A stretch of 64,000 nucleotides of DNA from Octopus bimaculoides. Its lineage: Eukaryota. The notes below the pieces were generated by a model that was not told the DNA's origin, made no database searches, and saw only the letters and a list, made by a program, of their open reading frames with translations. The stretch lies in the NCBI RefSeq assembly GCF_001194135.2, contig NC_068989.1:56869735-56933734 (forward strand), read 5' to 3'. A program made the position numbers and the translations under genes. How positions within the stretch are numbered: position 1 is the stretch's first letter; each line of letters opens with the position of its first letter. Below are positions 52,715 through 64,000 of the stretch, piece by piece.

Positions 52715-52930
52715 GTGTGTGTGTGTGTGTGTTTGTCTCCCCACCATCGCTTGACAACCGGTGCTGGTACGTTTATTTCCCCCGTAACTTAGCGGTTCGG
52801 CCTAAGACACCGATAAAATAAGTACTAGGCTTACAAAGAATAAGTCCTTGGATCGATTTTTTCAACTTTAAGGCGGTGCTCCAGCATGGCCACAGTCAAA
52901 TTTTACAAAAACAAGTAAAAGAATAAAAGC
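52715..52930 (-). mobile_element. Family C SINE-like repeat
   Basis: Same sequence as 14410-14625. Confidence 0.85.
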
Positions 52931-53909
52931 TATGGGATCTTTTTCTTTGATTTTTAAAAAAATTATATTGAATAGAGCAGGACCTGTTGAAGATAAGTAA
53001 GTGAGTTACAATGCGGTTATGTGTAGTGAGCATTGCACAGGTAGCACATGGAACGGGGTCCCAGGTTTGAACGAATTGCAAACTTGATGTTAAGGTCGTT
53101 GAAAGACGCACCTATATATATTGCTGAAAGACGCATCATATAATCTTTTGTTCTATTTAACTAGTACTCTGCTCCATAAATTCATCTCTATAATCCTTAC
53201 ATAAATATAATGAAAAACTGGATACGGAAGAGAAAACTTGAGAATAGGTAGTTGATTTATGCTAAACCAGACTAACTGATAGAGATCAACTGAAAATTTG
53301 TCCTAAAGGTAAAATTTACAAAACGTTTAAGGTTATATAGAGTTATTTTTACTACATGATGTTCGTATAGAACAGCAGGACAAACCTGAGACTATGGAAT
53401 GCAGTTAGAACTATACTGAAATTGTCGTAGGTAATTTATTAATCAGCTTGTTAACAAGTTTCCTTCTTTACATGATTTGTCAATAAGCCTTATTTTATAT
53501 TTAATTCACTTTAATTGCTTTTTATGACTAATATAGCTGCCATTTATTTTTGATAGATTTTAATGATAACTTTTAATCTTCTTCTTCAAATAACTTAATT
53601 TGAAAAACAAATTAAAAAGAAGACAATCTATTGTAAATGCATGTTGATATATTTGTAAGAATGATTTCCAGGAAAATAAATTATAGTTCGTGTTGGCTTA
53701 TATGTTGTATATACTACTTGATTATTCCATCCTTGTCACATAAAATAGAAAGAAAGGAACTGAAATCATCGATTCATTCGAAAATGGCGTATCACAAGGA
53801 GAACTATGGAAGGATTATCTTTCATTCTACGGCATTTTCTACAATGTAATCAATTTAGAATATATTTTATAAAAGAAAAGAAAAGCAACACAAAACTCAA
53901 AGACATGAG

Positions 53910-53941
<32 letters not shown>

Positions 53942-55829
53942 GTCTGTCTGTCTATGCATGTATGTTTATCTGCATGCCTTGTTAATATACATGAAATCAT
54001 ATATCCAAGATACATGTACTACTAACGGCACCGGAAGAACAAATCTGCTTAATCAAAAGTCGGCTTGAAGCTAATCAGCGGCTATAATATCAAGCGTCAT
54101 CCGACGAAATTACACACCCATGCATTTATGCTTCTCTCACCCAGAAACACCAACAAAAGGAGACTCTAATGTACATAATATATCATTGGTAGTAAATCAA
54201 TAATTTCAAAACTAAACTACGTAAACATCTAAAAAATGTTCCCATTAATACACTAATATGCTGAGTTATGAATAAATATGCATACGTGAACATATTCATG
54301 TTTACTAATCATACATTTGATCATCTTGTATGATTAGGTCACGTGGTTAAACCAAAGTGATTCGGAAATTTGCAATAAAGGTGAAATTAACTAGTTTCGT
54401 CTTAAGATTCATCAGGGATCGTTTATCTCTGTCTTACAAGTTACCCAAAATAGTTAGCAGAGAGCTACTTTAAAAAGTGTAAATAAGATTGTATTTGGGC
54501 ATAAATAAAGTTGATGATAGAACATATCTGGCTGAAATAGCAGTACTTGCGGTGATATTAAGACTCCATACATTGATTGAGCTGGCTTTATGCCTATTCA
54601 AAATATATATTTAGTAAATAACGGCTTAGCATATTTGATTCAGCTTCCTAAATGGATTGCCAAGCATTTACAGTTGAAGTCTCTTTGCATACTAAAATAA
54701 GAAAGTGATTTATAAGTTTTCATTATCTATTTCCCGATAAAAATATAAAATGTTGGATTCTATTCATAAAGAAACAATAGCGGTCATTTTTAGAAACTTA
54801 TCCGAAACATTCGCTGACGTATGTCAAATACTGGCAGGTATTTGGATGTAAATAGAATAACATTTGGTTTTATTCCATAAATAGTTCTTCCTTAATCAAT
54901 ATAGATTGATAAATAGAGCACAAATTTGTCAAAGGTCATTCACAGTTGTTATTCATTGACAATGGTATTTGGTTCATTTGTAATGAGAATCCAAGTAGGA
55001 TGATTTCTTCAAGTATCTGCTAATAGTGATTAGTTAACTAGATTTGCTATTAATGAAATATTCTAGGGAAATAAAAAAAAAACATTACAACAAACAACAA
55101 TCTCAGTAATCTCAATTGACGTGTGACGTCATTGATTGAAGTACTAGCATCACCAATTTTAACTTGACGTAGAGTTTTATGAGAAATCTCACAATAAAGA
55201 ATTTTTGGACAGTTGAAGGATTATAATTAATCTCCTGTGACATTCCATGAAAGTCTAAGGAGGTTAACTATTATCGTTTTTGCTCGGAGGTAAAACAGAT
55301 TCTGCTTTATCATTAATTAATCAGAAGTAGAAATAAAAAAAAATTAGCGTCATGCTGGTTATCTTCTTAGACTGGTGAAAACAGTATAGCTAAGCTAAGG
55401 TTGAATTTCAGCAGGACGACATCTTGACGAAAAATGTAGGCGGAAGCGAAATTGAAGAGCGTTCTGGTTTTGGTGGGAAGAATTTAGAAAAGTGGTTTGT
55501 GAAGGATCTGTAGAGATGTCTGACACTTTGACATTATAAGTGGAGGAAAGACAGGCATATCAAGTAGGCTGAAATGGAAGTTGTACGCAACATGTTAGTT
55601 TAGAGAAGGAAGAGGTGAATTTAACAGCGATGACGGAGGAAAAGAGAAATGAAAAAGATTCTGTTGCTGCAAATGGTTGTAACACGAACGGGTCTTCGAT
55701 AATCAACCGAATGAGATTTTTTGTTAGATGCTGTCTAAAGATATTTATGTGTGTAGTAGCGTCAGTACGATATGTGTTGGAGATCAAGAACTTTATCCCC
55801 TACGTTTCATTAGAGAATAGCCATACTGG

Positions 55830-55975
55830 GACACCGCCATGAAAGGTTTAGTCGAACAAATCGACACTAGCACAGTCTATCTGTATCTTCTGCCTATCCA
55901 CTATGTTACCGGGACGTAAACAAACCAACACCGTTGTCAAGCGATGGTGGAGATACACACAAGCACAAAGGTTTA
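55830..55975 (+). mobile_element. Family C SINE-like repeat, internally deleted
   Basis: caccgccatgaaaggtttagtcgaacaaatcgac..accgggacgtaaacaaaccaacaccgttgtcaagcgatggtgg. Confidence 0.7.
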
Positions 55976-56008
55976 TACACACACTTATCACATTTATATA
56001 CACTCGAT

Positions 56009-56043
<35 letters not shown>

Positions 56044-57249
56044 NNNNNNNNNNNNNNNNNNNNNNNNNNNNNNNNNNNNNNNNNNNNNNNNNNNNNNNNN
56101 NNNNNNNNNNNNNNNNNNNNNNNNNNNNNNNNNNNNNNNNNNNNNNNNNNNNNNNNNNNNNNNNNNNNNNNNNNNNNNNNNNNNNNNNNNNNNNNNNNNN
56201 NNNNNNNNNNNNNNNNNNNNNNNNNNNNNNNNNNNNNNNNNNNNNNNNNNNNNNNNNNNNNNNNNNNNNNNNNNNNNNNNNNNNNNNNNNNNNNNNNNNN
56301 NNNNNNNNNNNNNNNNNNNNNNNNNNNNNNNNNNNNNNNNNNNNNNNNNNNNNNNNNNNNNNNNNNNNNNNNNNNNNNNNNNNNNNNNNNNNNNNNNNNN
56401 NNNNNNNNNNNNNNNNNNNNNNNNNNNNNNNNNNNNNNNNNNNNNNNNNNNNNNNNNNNNNNNNNNNNNNNNNNNNNNNNNNNNNNNNNNNNNNNNNNNN
56501 NNNNNNNNNNNNNNNNNNNNNNNNNNNNNNNNNNNNNNNNNNNNNNNNNNNNNNNNNNNNNNNNNNNNNNNNNNNNNNNNNNNNNNNNNNNNNNNNNNNN
56601 NNNNNNNNNNNNNNNNNNNNNNNNNNNNNNNNNNNNNNNNNNNNNNNNNNNNNNNNNNNNNNNNNNNNNNNNNNNNNNNNNNNNNNNNNNNNNNNNNNNN
56701 NNNNNNNNNNNNNNNNNNNNNNNNNNNNNNNNNNNNNNNNNNNNNNNNNNNNNNNNNNNNNNNNNNNNNNNNNNNNNNNNNNNNNNNNNNNNNNNNNNNN
56801 NNNNNNNNNNNNNNNNNNAATATGAATTAATATCCAATTTTTTTACCCTACTATTTTAATTAACCATAACCACGTTCTCAAAGTTGGTAAATTCGATGCG
56901 GAAATTATTTTCTGCAGAGATATTTCCGGATTTAGCACGCCAAAACAAAGACTTTTGAATCTTACCCTATATAATTAACAGAACTATGTGCACGTTCTTC
57001 ACTCGTTGGGAACAACTAGTACATGATTCTGGGAATTATATTTCTTTGGTAGTCCGTACTGAAGAGAAACAGATATTTTCGGTAAGGAAATATTAATTTC
57101 AAAACCGGTCTACGGATAACTTTGTATTTATTTCTGTAATTTTCACTAGTCTCGCCCGTATGTTTTAAGAAAGTAGCATTGTCGTACTTGTTTTTCATAA
57201 ATATCTACTTACTCGTGTGTTACCTCTACTTTCTTGTCATGCTACCAGA

Positions 57250-58110
57250 ACTAAAGGATATTATCACCTGTTCTGAAAAAAGCAAAAGGTTGGTTAAAAA
57301 CAATAGAAACTAAATCCTTACCATACAGACAGAGAAAGAAAAATGTGAAATACAATACTGAAATATGGAATACATTTGAATTGATAGAAATCTGAGAAGA
57401 CAGATCTTCATCCTTCCACATTGGAATTGAATAGTTTAATAGGAAACGCCTAATGAGAGACGTACAAATGGGATTCAGAAGCAGGCTACTTAACCAGCAA
57501 TGTCTCATGCTGGAGAGAATCGAGAGCTTTATTGTCAACGACAAAAATAGGAAAAATGTCATTGTTTCAGCCTTGGCATTTTCTATGTAAGTTTGTAAAG
57601 ACGCAGGCGTAAAGACGTAAATTTGTAAAGACGCGTCGTTGTATGGTAAGAAACTTGCTTCCTAACCATATATGTCCGGGTTCCAATGAGCCTTCCTTTA
57701 CGAAAAAGAGTAGCAGTCCATAAAGAACAGATAAATCTCCCACAATACCGTCAAATTCCACTCAGTGGCCACATAGACTCTTGCGCTAGAAATAGAAATC
57801 CTAAATTTCTTATATTCCCACTCTATCAATGTAAAGACAGAATCTCTACACAAGAAAGAATCAACAATGAGAATCTTTTTATTGAAAAATTCTAAACACT
57901 TCTTAATATGCGAACTCCACGGTGACCGCATTCTCTTTTTCTAACCTACCTCATTAAATATAAGAACAGACATAAGCATCCTATTGACAAAGAATCCAGC
58001 ATTCCAATTAAAGAGTACAAAACCCACAAAATTGTCTCCCCTTACTCACAGGAACATGATAACTCTTACCCCATTTCCTGTTTGACACATAAACATCCAG
58101 CCTTTTTGAA
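57250..58110 (+). mobile_element. Very degraded APE-type LINE RT fragment, interrupted by a family D SINE piece at ~57600-57690
   Basis: Manual translation ILSPVLKKAK..LMRDVQMGFRSR..KNRKNVIV resembles the RT N-terminal Q.GFR motif. Confidence 0.4.
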
Positions 58111-58331
58111 AAAAAAACACTACATAGATACACATGTATTCTAACCCTTCCAACAAGTTTTTCCAAGGAAAACTAGTGAACTTCAAAAGCTTAAAGACAC
58201 TATGATGTATTGGTATATTTATTTTTTTTATATATTTATTATTGTTTTGAAAAAACATTTTTTCCCGCTTTTTTATCATGAAAATTTGCCATGCAATGAA
58301 AGAAAATTTGAAATCCTTTCTNNNNNNNNNN

Positions 58332-58367
<36 letters not shown>

Positions 58368-59677
58368 TTTATTAAAAAGCAGCAAAAATATATATATATA
58401 TGTACATGTTGGAGCAAAAGTAGGTTTACAATTATGAATAAAGAAAACACGTACAATCCTCATTTATTTTTATTTAAAAAAATTAAGCTGCGATAATAGT
58501 ACTATTATAGTTATGATAACTATTATTATGATTAATGACGCTGAAAATACCAAAAATGAGGCTAACTAATTAAATGTACTAATAATTTTAATGAAATAAA
58601 GTATCATAACATTGATGTGATACTGACTGTATACCTACTTTTGTACCCCAACCCTGAATACGCATACATGTATATGTATAGTCGAAAGCCACCTGTTGTT
58701 ACCGTCCTATTTGCATTTGTATTTGTGTGCTGTTTCTCCGTTTTTTTCCGTCCTTGTTTTCGTATACATTCGCTGCTTTTTCTTCCAAGGAATCTAGTGC
58801 TCTTAGCTTAGTTTTCCCTTGGGGCTAGCCAGCTTGGAGCAATCTCGAGTATAACCAACCGAAATTGCAAAGATAATCTGGAACTCGACTGAAGAAAGAA
58901 AACTCCGAATGACCCGTCCTTATATTTTCTTGTCCCTCTTTTGTATCACCTCTTTGTATGTTTTGCGTTCTTGTCCCATTTTTTGTATTCCTTTATATAT
59001 ATATATATNNNNNNNNNNNNNNNNNNNNNNNNNNNNNNNNNNNNNNNNNNNNNNNNNNNNNNNNNNNNNNNNNNNNNNNNNNNNNNNNNNNNNNNNNNNN
59101 NNNNNNNNNNNNNNNNNNNNNNNNNNNNNNNNNNNNNNNNNNNNNNNNNNNNNNNNNNNNNNNNNNNNNNNNNNNNNNNNNNNNNNNNNNNNNNNNNNNN
59201 NNNNNNNNNNNNNNNNNNNNNNNNNNNNNNNNNNNNNNNNNNNNNNNNNNNNNNNNNNNNNNNNNNNNNNNNNNNNNNNNNNNNNNNNNNNNNNNNNNNN
59301 NNNNNNNNNNNNNNNNNNNNNNNNNNNNNNNNNNNNNNNNNNNNNNNNNNNNNNNNNNNNNNNNNNNNNNNNNNNNNNNNNNNNNNNNNNNNNNNNNNNN
59401 NNNNNNNNNNNNNNNNNNNNNNNNNNNNNNNNNNNNNNNNNNNNNNNNNNNNNNNNNNNNNNNNNNNNNNNNNNNNNNNNNNNNNNNNNNNNNNNNNNNN
59501 NNNNNNNNNNNNNNNNNNNNNNNNNNNNNNNNNNNNNNNNNNNNNNNNNNNNNNNNNNNNNNNNNNNNNNNNNNNNNNNNNNNNNNNNNNNNNNNNNNNN
59601 NNNNNNNNNNNNNNNNNNNNNNNNNNNNNNNNNNNNNNNNNNNNNNNNNNNNNNNNNNNNNNNNNNNNNNNNNNNNN

Positions 59678-59972
59678 TGACAGACCATGTCTGTCCTTGG
59701 CTGGCCTCAAATCTCACCTGCGAACCCATGGAAAACAAACCTCATCCAGCTATTCTGATTATATGTCTGTGCAGACGTTTGAATGTGGTGTGTGCCAGAG
59801 GGTTTGCAAATCCAATGGGGGTCTTAAAAGACATGTTAGGATCCATAATGAGCAGAACTTACTTGCAGGTATTGGTAATGCAAATCAGAGGTGCAATCTG
59901 TGTGGGTGTTTTTTCAAAACACTGTCTGGTTTAAAAAGCCACATCAGACGCCATGAAAGGGCTAAGGTGTAG
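59678..59972 (+). mobile_element. Tandem C2H2-type zinc fingers, most likely the 3' end of an RTE-like LINE ORF2
   Basis: ..CLSLAGLKSHLRTH..CGVCQRVCKSNGGLKRHVRIH..CNLCGCFFKTLSGLKSHIRRH then stop. Long non-TGEKP linkers; the GLxSHxRxH pattern is typical of RTE C-termini. Upstream sequence is lost in the gap. Confidence 0.55.
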
Positions 59973-60404
59973 GTGCAAGAGGTGGTCAAACTTAATCGTT
60001 TAGACTATCGGATGTTCTTATACATGGCTGGTCACGATGAACTTTGTATCGTTTTAGTTCTCGAACGATGCCACCCAGTTCGCTAGGCGAGTAGGCCAAT
60101 ATTTCCCCTGGTCAGAAATATGTATTTTCCCTAATCGGAGTACGTGAAATGGTTGGAATACGTGAAAGAAGTGCTTTGCTCAAGAACACAACATGCAGCC
60201 GATTTGGAGCTCGAAACCACAATACTGTGAATGTGATTGCAATACGCCTAACCATTAGGCCACGCGCGCGCGCGTACACACACACACACACACACATACA
60301 TACACACACACGCATTCACGAACCCACACATACACACACAAACACACACACATATGCATATGGATTTGAATATATTTATGAGAAAGTAATCGTGCGTTTG
60401 TGTG

Positions 60405-60522
<118 letters not shown>

Positions 60523-61040
60523 ATGGAATATAGTATACCACCACATCTTCATAAACATATAGCTCTCAGCAATGAGATTTTTATGAAGATAAGTATTGCT
60601 CCTCAAATACATCTTAAAGATGAGGTCATCGATTAACATTATATACTTCGACGTCTCCCTCGAGCATTCATTTAGACAATAAAAACAAGGCAAATTAAGA
60701 GAAATGTTTTATGTCGAGGCCACTGTTTTATTGCTCGATTATCGTTGGGTTTGTTATTCTTGTAAATCGACAAAAACATTCAATATATTTCTACAAAGGT
60801 ATCGACTTATTTCTTTAACACACGCTGTGATGGCTAAGAGTGAAAGAGTAAGAAATATGATACTTATATAATATACATACACACATATATATAAAATCAT
60901 ATATGTGTGCATGTTTGTATGTACGTACGTGTGTATGTATGTATGCATGTGTGTTTGGGTGTGTGAGTATGCGGGTGTATAACCGCCATGACGGGTAAGA
61001 AAGAAAGGGAAAGATATACATGTATGTGTTGTGTGTGTTT

Positions 61041-61078
<38 letters not shown>

Positions 61079-61153
61079 TATACATATATTCAAGGCGATG
61101 CTCCAGCATGGCTGCAGTCAGATGATTGAAACAAGTAAAAGAATAAAGTAAAA

Positions 61154-61188
<35 letters not shown>

Positions 61189-62732
61189 AAGAGAACGAAA
61201 AATAAAAATATAAAAAGGAGAGAGAAGAGAACAAACTAGACATGACTATAGATTTCTATATGGAAATGCGACGTATTGGAGCAGTTTGATTGGTTTAACT
61301 GAATTATACTAGAATCTAAAATCGACGTATCGTCTGAATAAATCAGATAAAGTAGATTAAGAAATTTCTAGAAATCATCAAGCAAACGTCAAAGGATATC
61401 TTAGAAAATATTTATATTTTCATGAGTAGCATTTCTTTAAAAAAACAGAACATAACAAAACAAAAGACAAGAAACAATAGTTGGTTCTCTTCAGATACAA
61501 CTCAGACTAATCTTAGATACCTACTTAATGAAATCTAGTCAGAGTATTATCAAAATCTTTATGTATACTGACGGACTTATACACACGAGTACACGCATGC
61601 TTATGCGTCCATCACTAAAATAATCTCATTTATTTTATATCCTGTGAAATTTCACGGTTGACTTAAAATTATTTTCTTCGACTCTATAGGTAAATGCTTC
61701 ATATACATATAAAAGTGATAGCTTTTTAATCACTCTTATCTATTTTAAGGAATGTTAATCCTAATTTAAGCTTCATATACGAATTTATTCACTTCTCTTT
61801 TAATAAACTGCGCCCTAGTTCTGAAGGACGATGTTAAAACTTTATTAATTTCAATAATCTAAATCTTGTAGACTTCTTAGATGTGTCAATATTTTTACGT
61901 GACATTCTCTTAAGTCTAATTCCATCATTTCAGCTTTGATTAGTCTAACCTCGTATCACTGCCCTACCAATAGCGTTAGTCTCCAAATTGATCAGCGTAG
62001 CTGTCATTCAAAACATTAATATATGATGATATCTTTAATAAGTTTGCTCTGAAGAAAAGAGCTGAGCTCATAGCCATTATAATCGCTGTGATACGGTGAA
62101 ACTGACGCGATTAATGTAAAAAGAAAAAAACGAAAAACAAAAACAAAATCATGAGCAACGAAGTAATTCCATAGGGGCAAGGCATCCTGGAGAAAAAAAT
62201 CAGGTATAGCGGTGACTGTGTGGTGAGGTGAGGACAGAGGTGATGGAGTGACGGATGAGACGAGAGTCAATGAATGGAGGTGACACAAGACAAACCAGCA
62301 TAATTTTTATTTATGGTTGATGATTTTGGTATATGTAATTGACTAAACTGACTATGCACCGGACTGCTAGCACATATGTTCGAATTTCACAAACCATCAA
62401 TAGCATTGTAGTTTGTCCATAGCCAAAATACTTTGTCAACTTACTTTTAATTTTTATTTAATAGCAGAGTACAAAATTTATCTTTACAAACAGTGGGAGC
62501 ACTAAACAACTTTAAATCACTACTGTGTCATTAACTTTCAGTATTAAACCAACCATGGAAAGAAATTAGATGCGCCCTATTGATTTTGCCTTTGATATTC
62601 TTCATGAAGACCAAGTTGTCAGTGAGAGCTGAGAATTCAGTGGCTATAATTACTCTCCATTGGTACAATAGCACTATCATATTCAACCGAATAAGTTATG
62701 AAGTAGTAGGTTATCGATATATATATATATAT

Positions 62733-62896
62733 AGTTATGTATTCCGATAAGATAATGAAGGGTGAGAACTTACCCTAGGCGAGTTAAACGTTTGTCAACG
62801 ACTGTTTGAACATTTACTTCCCTGTTTGAACACTTTGTTGTTGCGATCAGAAGGTTACCCCTTTTTCTTACATTATTAATTTGTCTGATCATAACA
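62733..62896 (+). mobile_element. Short 5' LTR (~164 bp) of a Gypsy element
   Basis: Starts (a)gttatg and ends cataaca (imperfect TG..CA inverted termini), followed by the PBS. Confidence 0.6.
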
Positions 62897-62899
62897 AAT

Positions 62900-62917
62900 T
62901 GGGGGCTCGTCCAGGAT
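62900..62917 (+). promoter_or_regulatory. Primer-binding site complementary to tRNA-Pro
   Basis: TGGGGGCTCGTCCAGGAT matches the known tRNA-Pro PBS TGGGGGCTCGTCCGGGAT at 17/18 positions. Confidence 0.9.
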
Positions 62918-63185
62918 CTGAACTCTCGCACACACATTGTAAAACAACTTTACTATTCACCTATGAACTGATCGATTTGAGTTTTAAAAAAAGTCTATAT
63001 ACAAAAATTTCCACTGCTAAAATACACATATTACCTGCATAATTTTGTCTGACCACGAGTAGTGTCCAACTTTCTACTCTGTAACTCCATTTCTTTCAAT
63101 TTTAATTCTTTTTGAATTTTCATTTCCCTTATTGCTTTTTGAAATTGATAGGTGAGAGAAGGAAAATTTGTTTGATAGGTGATGT

Positions 63186-64000
63186 GTGTCAAAAGAAGTT
63201 GGGGAAGATTTTCCCAAATTGAGGCAGCTTATATTATTAGAAGAGTTCAAACAGTGTGTTCATATTGATATTAGGACTTATTTGGAAGAGCAGAGAGTAG
63301 AAGAGTTACAAGAAGCAGCTAGTTTAGCAGAGGATTACTCTATTACTCATAAGCATGAGTTCAAACTGTAAGGTTATTGTCATCCGGATAATTTCGAGGT
63401 AGGTCGGACAAGTAAAATAATTTATTCAGCTCGGTCAGGTTCGAATCCTAACAACTCCAGTGGTTCAGAGTTAAGAAAGTCAACCAGTCCTTTTGTTTCT
63501 AAATCTGATTCACATTTTCATTCAACAATTATTTGTAGATATTGTAGAAAGTCAGGCCATTTGATTTCTGAGTGTAAAAAGCTCAAGTTAAAAAATCAGT
63601 CACAACCCTTTCCACACGCTTTTGTGAATATCAAGTTTCAGCCTATTTTCGATATTATTAACAATGAGGAGGGGTACTTGCCTTTTATTTCAAAAGGGTT
63701 TATCTCACTTAAGGGTGATAAGTCCACGTTACGACCCATCACTATTTTTAGGGATACAGGCGCACTACAGTCTCTAGTGCTGGAAGGTACTCTTCCTTTC
63801 TCGGACGTGTCGTCTGCTAACTCTGATGTTTTATTAGAGGGTATTAGTGGAATTTCAAATGCACCTCTTCATTTTGTTGATTTGCAGTCAGATTTTGTGT
63901 CTGGTTTGGTGAAAGTTGGTGTTAAGAAAACTCTCCCAGTTTCAGGTGTAGACTTGATTATTGGAAATGATTTAGCAGGGTCCAAGGTTTTGTCTGATCC
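63186..64000 (+). mobile_element. Gmr1-like Gypsy gag-protease (SCAN-like domain, CCHC knuckle, aspartic protease), running off the window
   Basis: LRQLILLEEFKQCV..IRTYLEE..LQEAASLAEDY; one stop at 63369-63371; then in frame CRYCRKSGHLISEC and ITIFRDTGALQSL..LIIGNDLAG. Confidence 0.85.

Larger units (their letters stand above)
51826..53752. repeat. Long inverted repeat: arms ~51826-52150 and ~53462-53752, spacer ~1.3 kb
   Basis: aagccaacacgaactataatttattttcc (left arm) is the reverse complement of ggaaaataaattatagttcgtgttggctt (right arm); ggcttattgacaaatcatgtaaa pairs with tttacatgatttgtcaataagcc. Collinear blocks continue across ~300 bp. Confidence 0.8.

Overview
AT-rich, microsatellite-dense, gapped (9 N-runs) eukaryotic DNA with no recognisable host protein-coding gene. 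The SINE families, microsatellite load and draft gaps suggest an Octopus (cephalopod) intronic or intergenic region; this is an inference. The window is almost entirely mobile DNA: dozens of tRNA-type SINE copies, two R4/Dong RLE-LINE 3' ends that both finish in (TAA)n, CR1/L2-like, CRE-like and RTE-like LINE fragments, three Ty3/Gypsy relics (one Gmr1/SCAN-like with a tRNA-Pro PBS), a Tigger-type MITE, a long inverted repeat and a Penelope-type minimal hammerhead ribozyme motif. The main discovery is three diverged copies of a retroelement that encodes only an ORF1/Gag-like protein (24029-25549 +, 25563-26545 + truncated, 46062-47734 -). The protein has an RRM-like block, a CCHC knuckle, a charged linker and an unassigned C-terminal domain, and there is no RT or endonuclease. 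The two complete copies are 1.5-1.7 kb, are bounded by 13-16 bp target-site duplications, end in AATAAAGAAAT, and share their 3' tail with a local SINE subfamily. This points to a HAL1-like 'half-LINE' non-autonomous family mobilised in trans by the same LINE partner as the SINE. Most short ORFs in the supplied track are microsatellite or N-gap artefacts.
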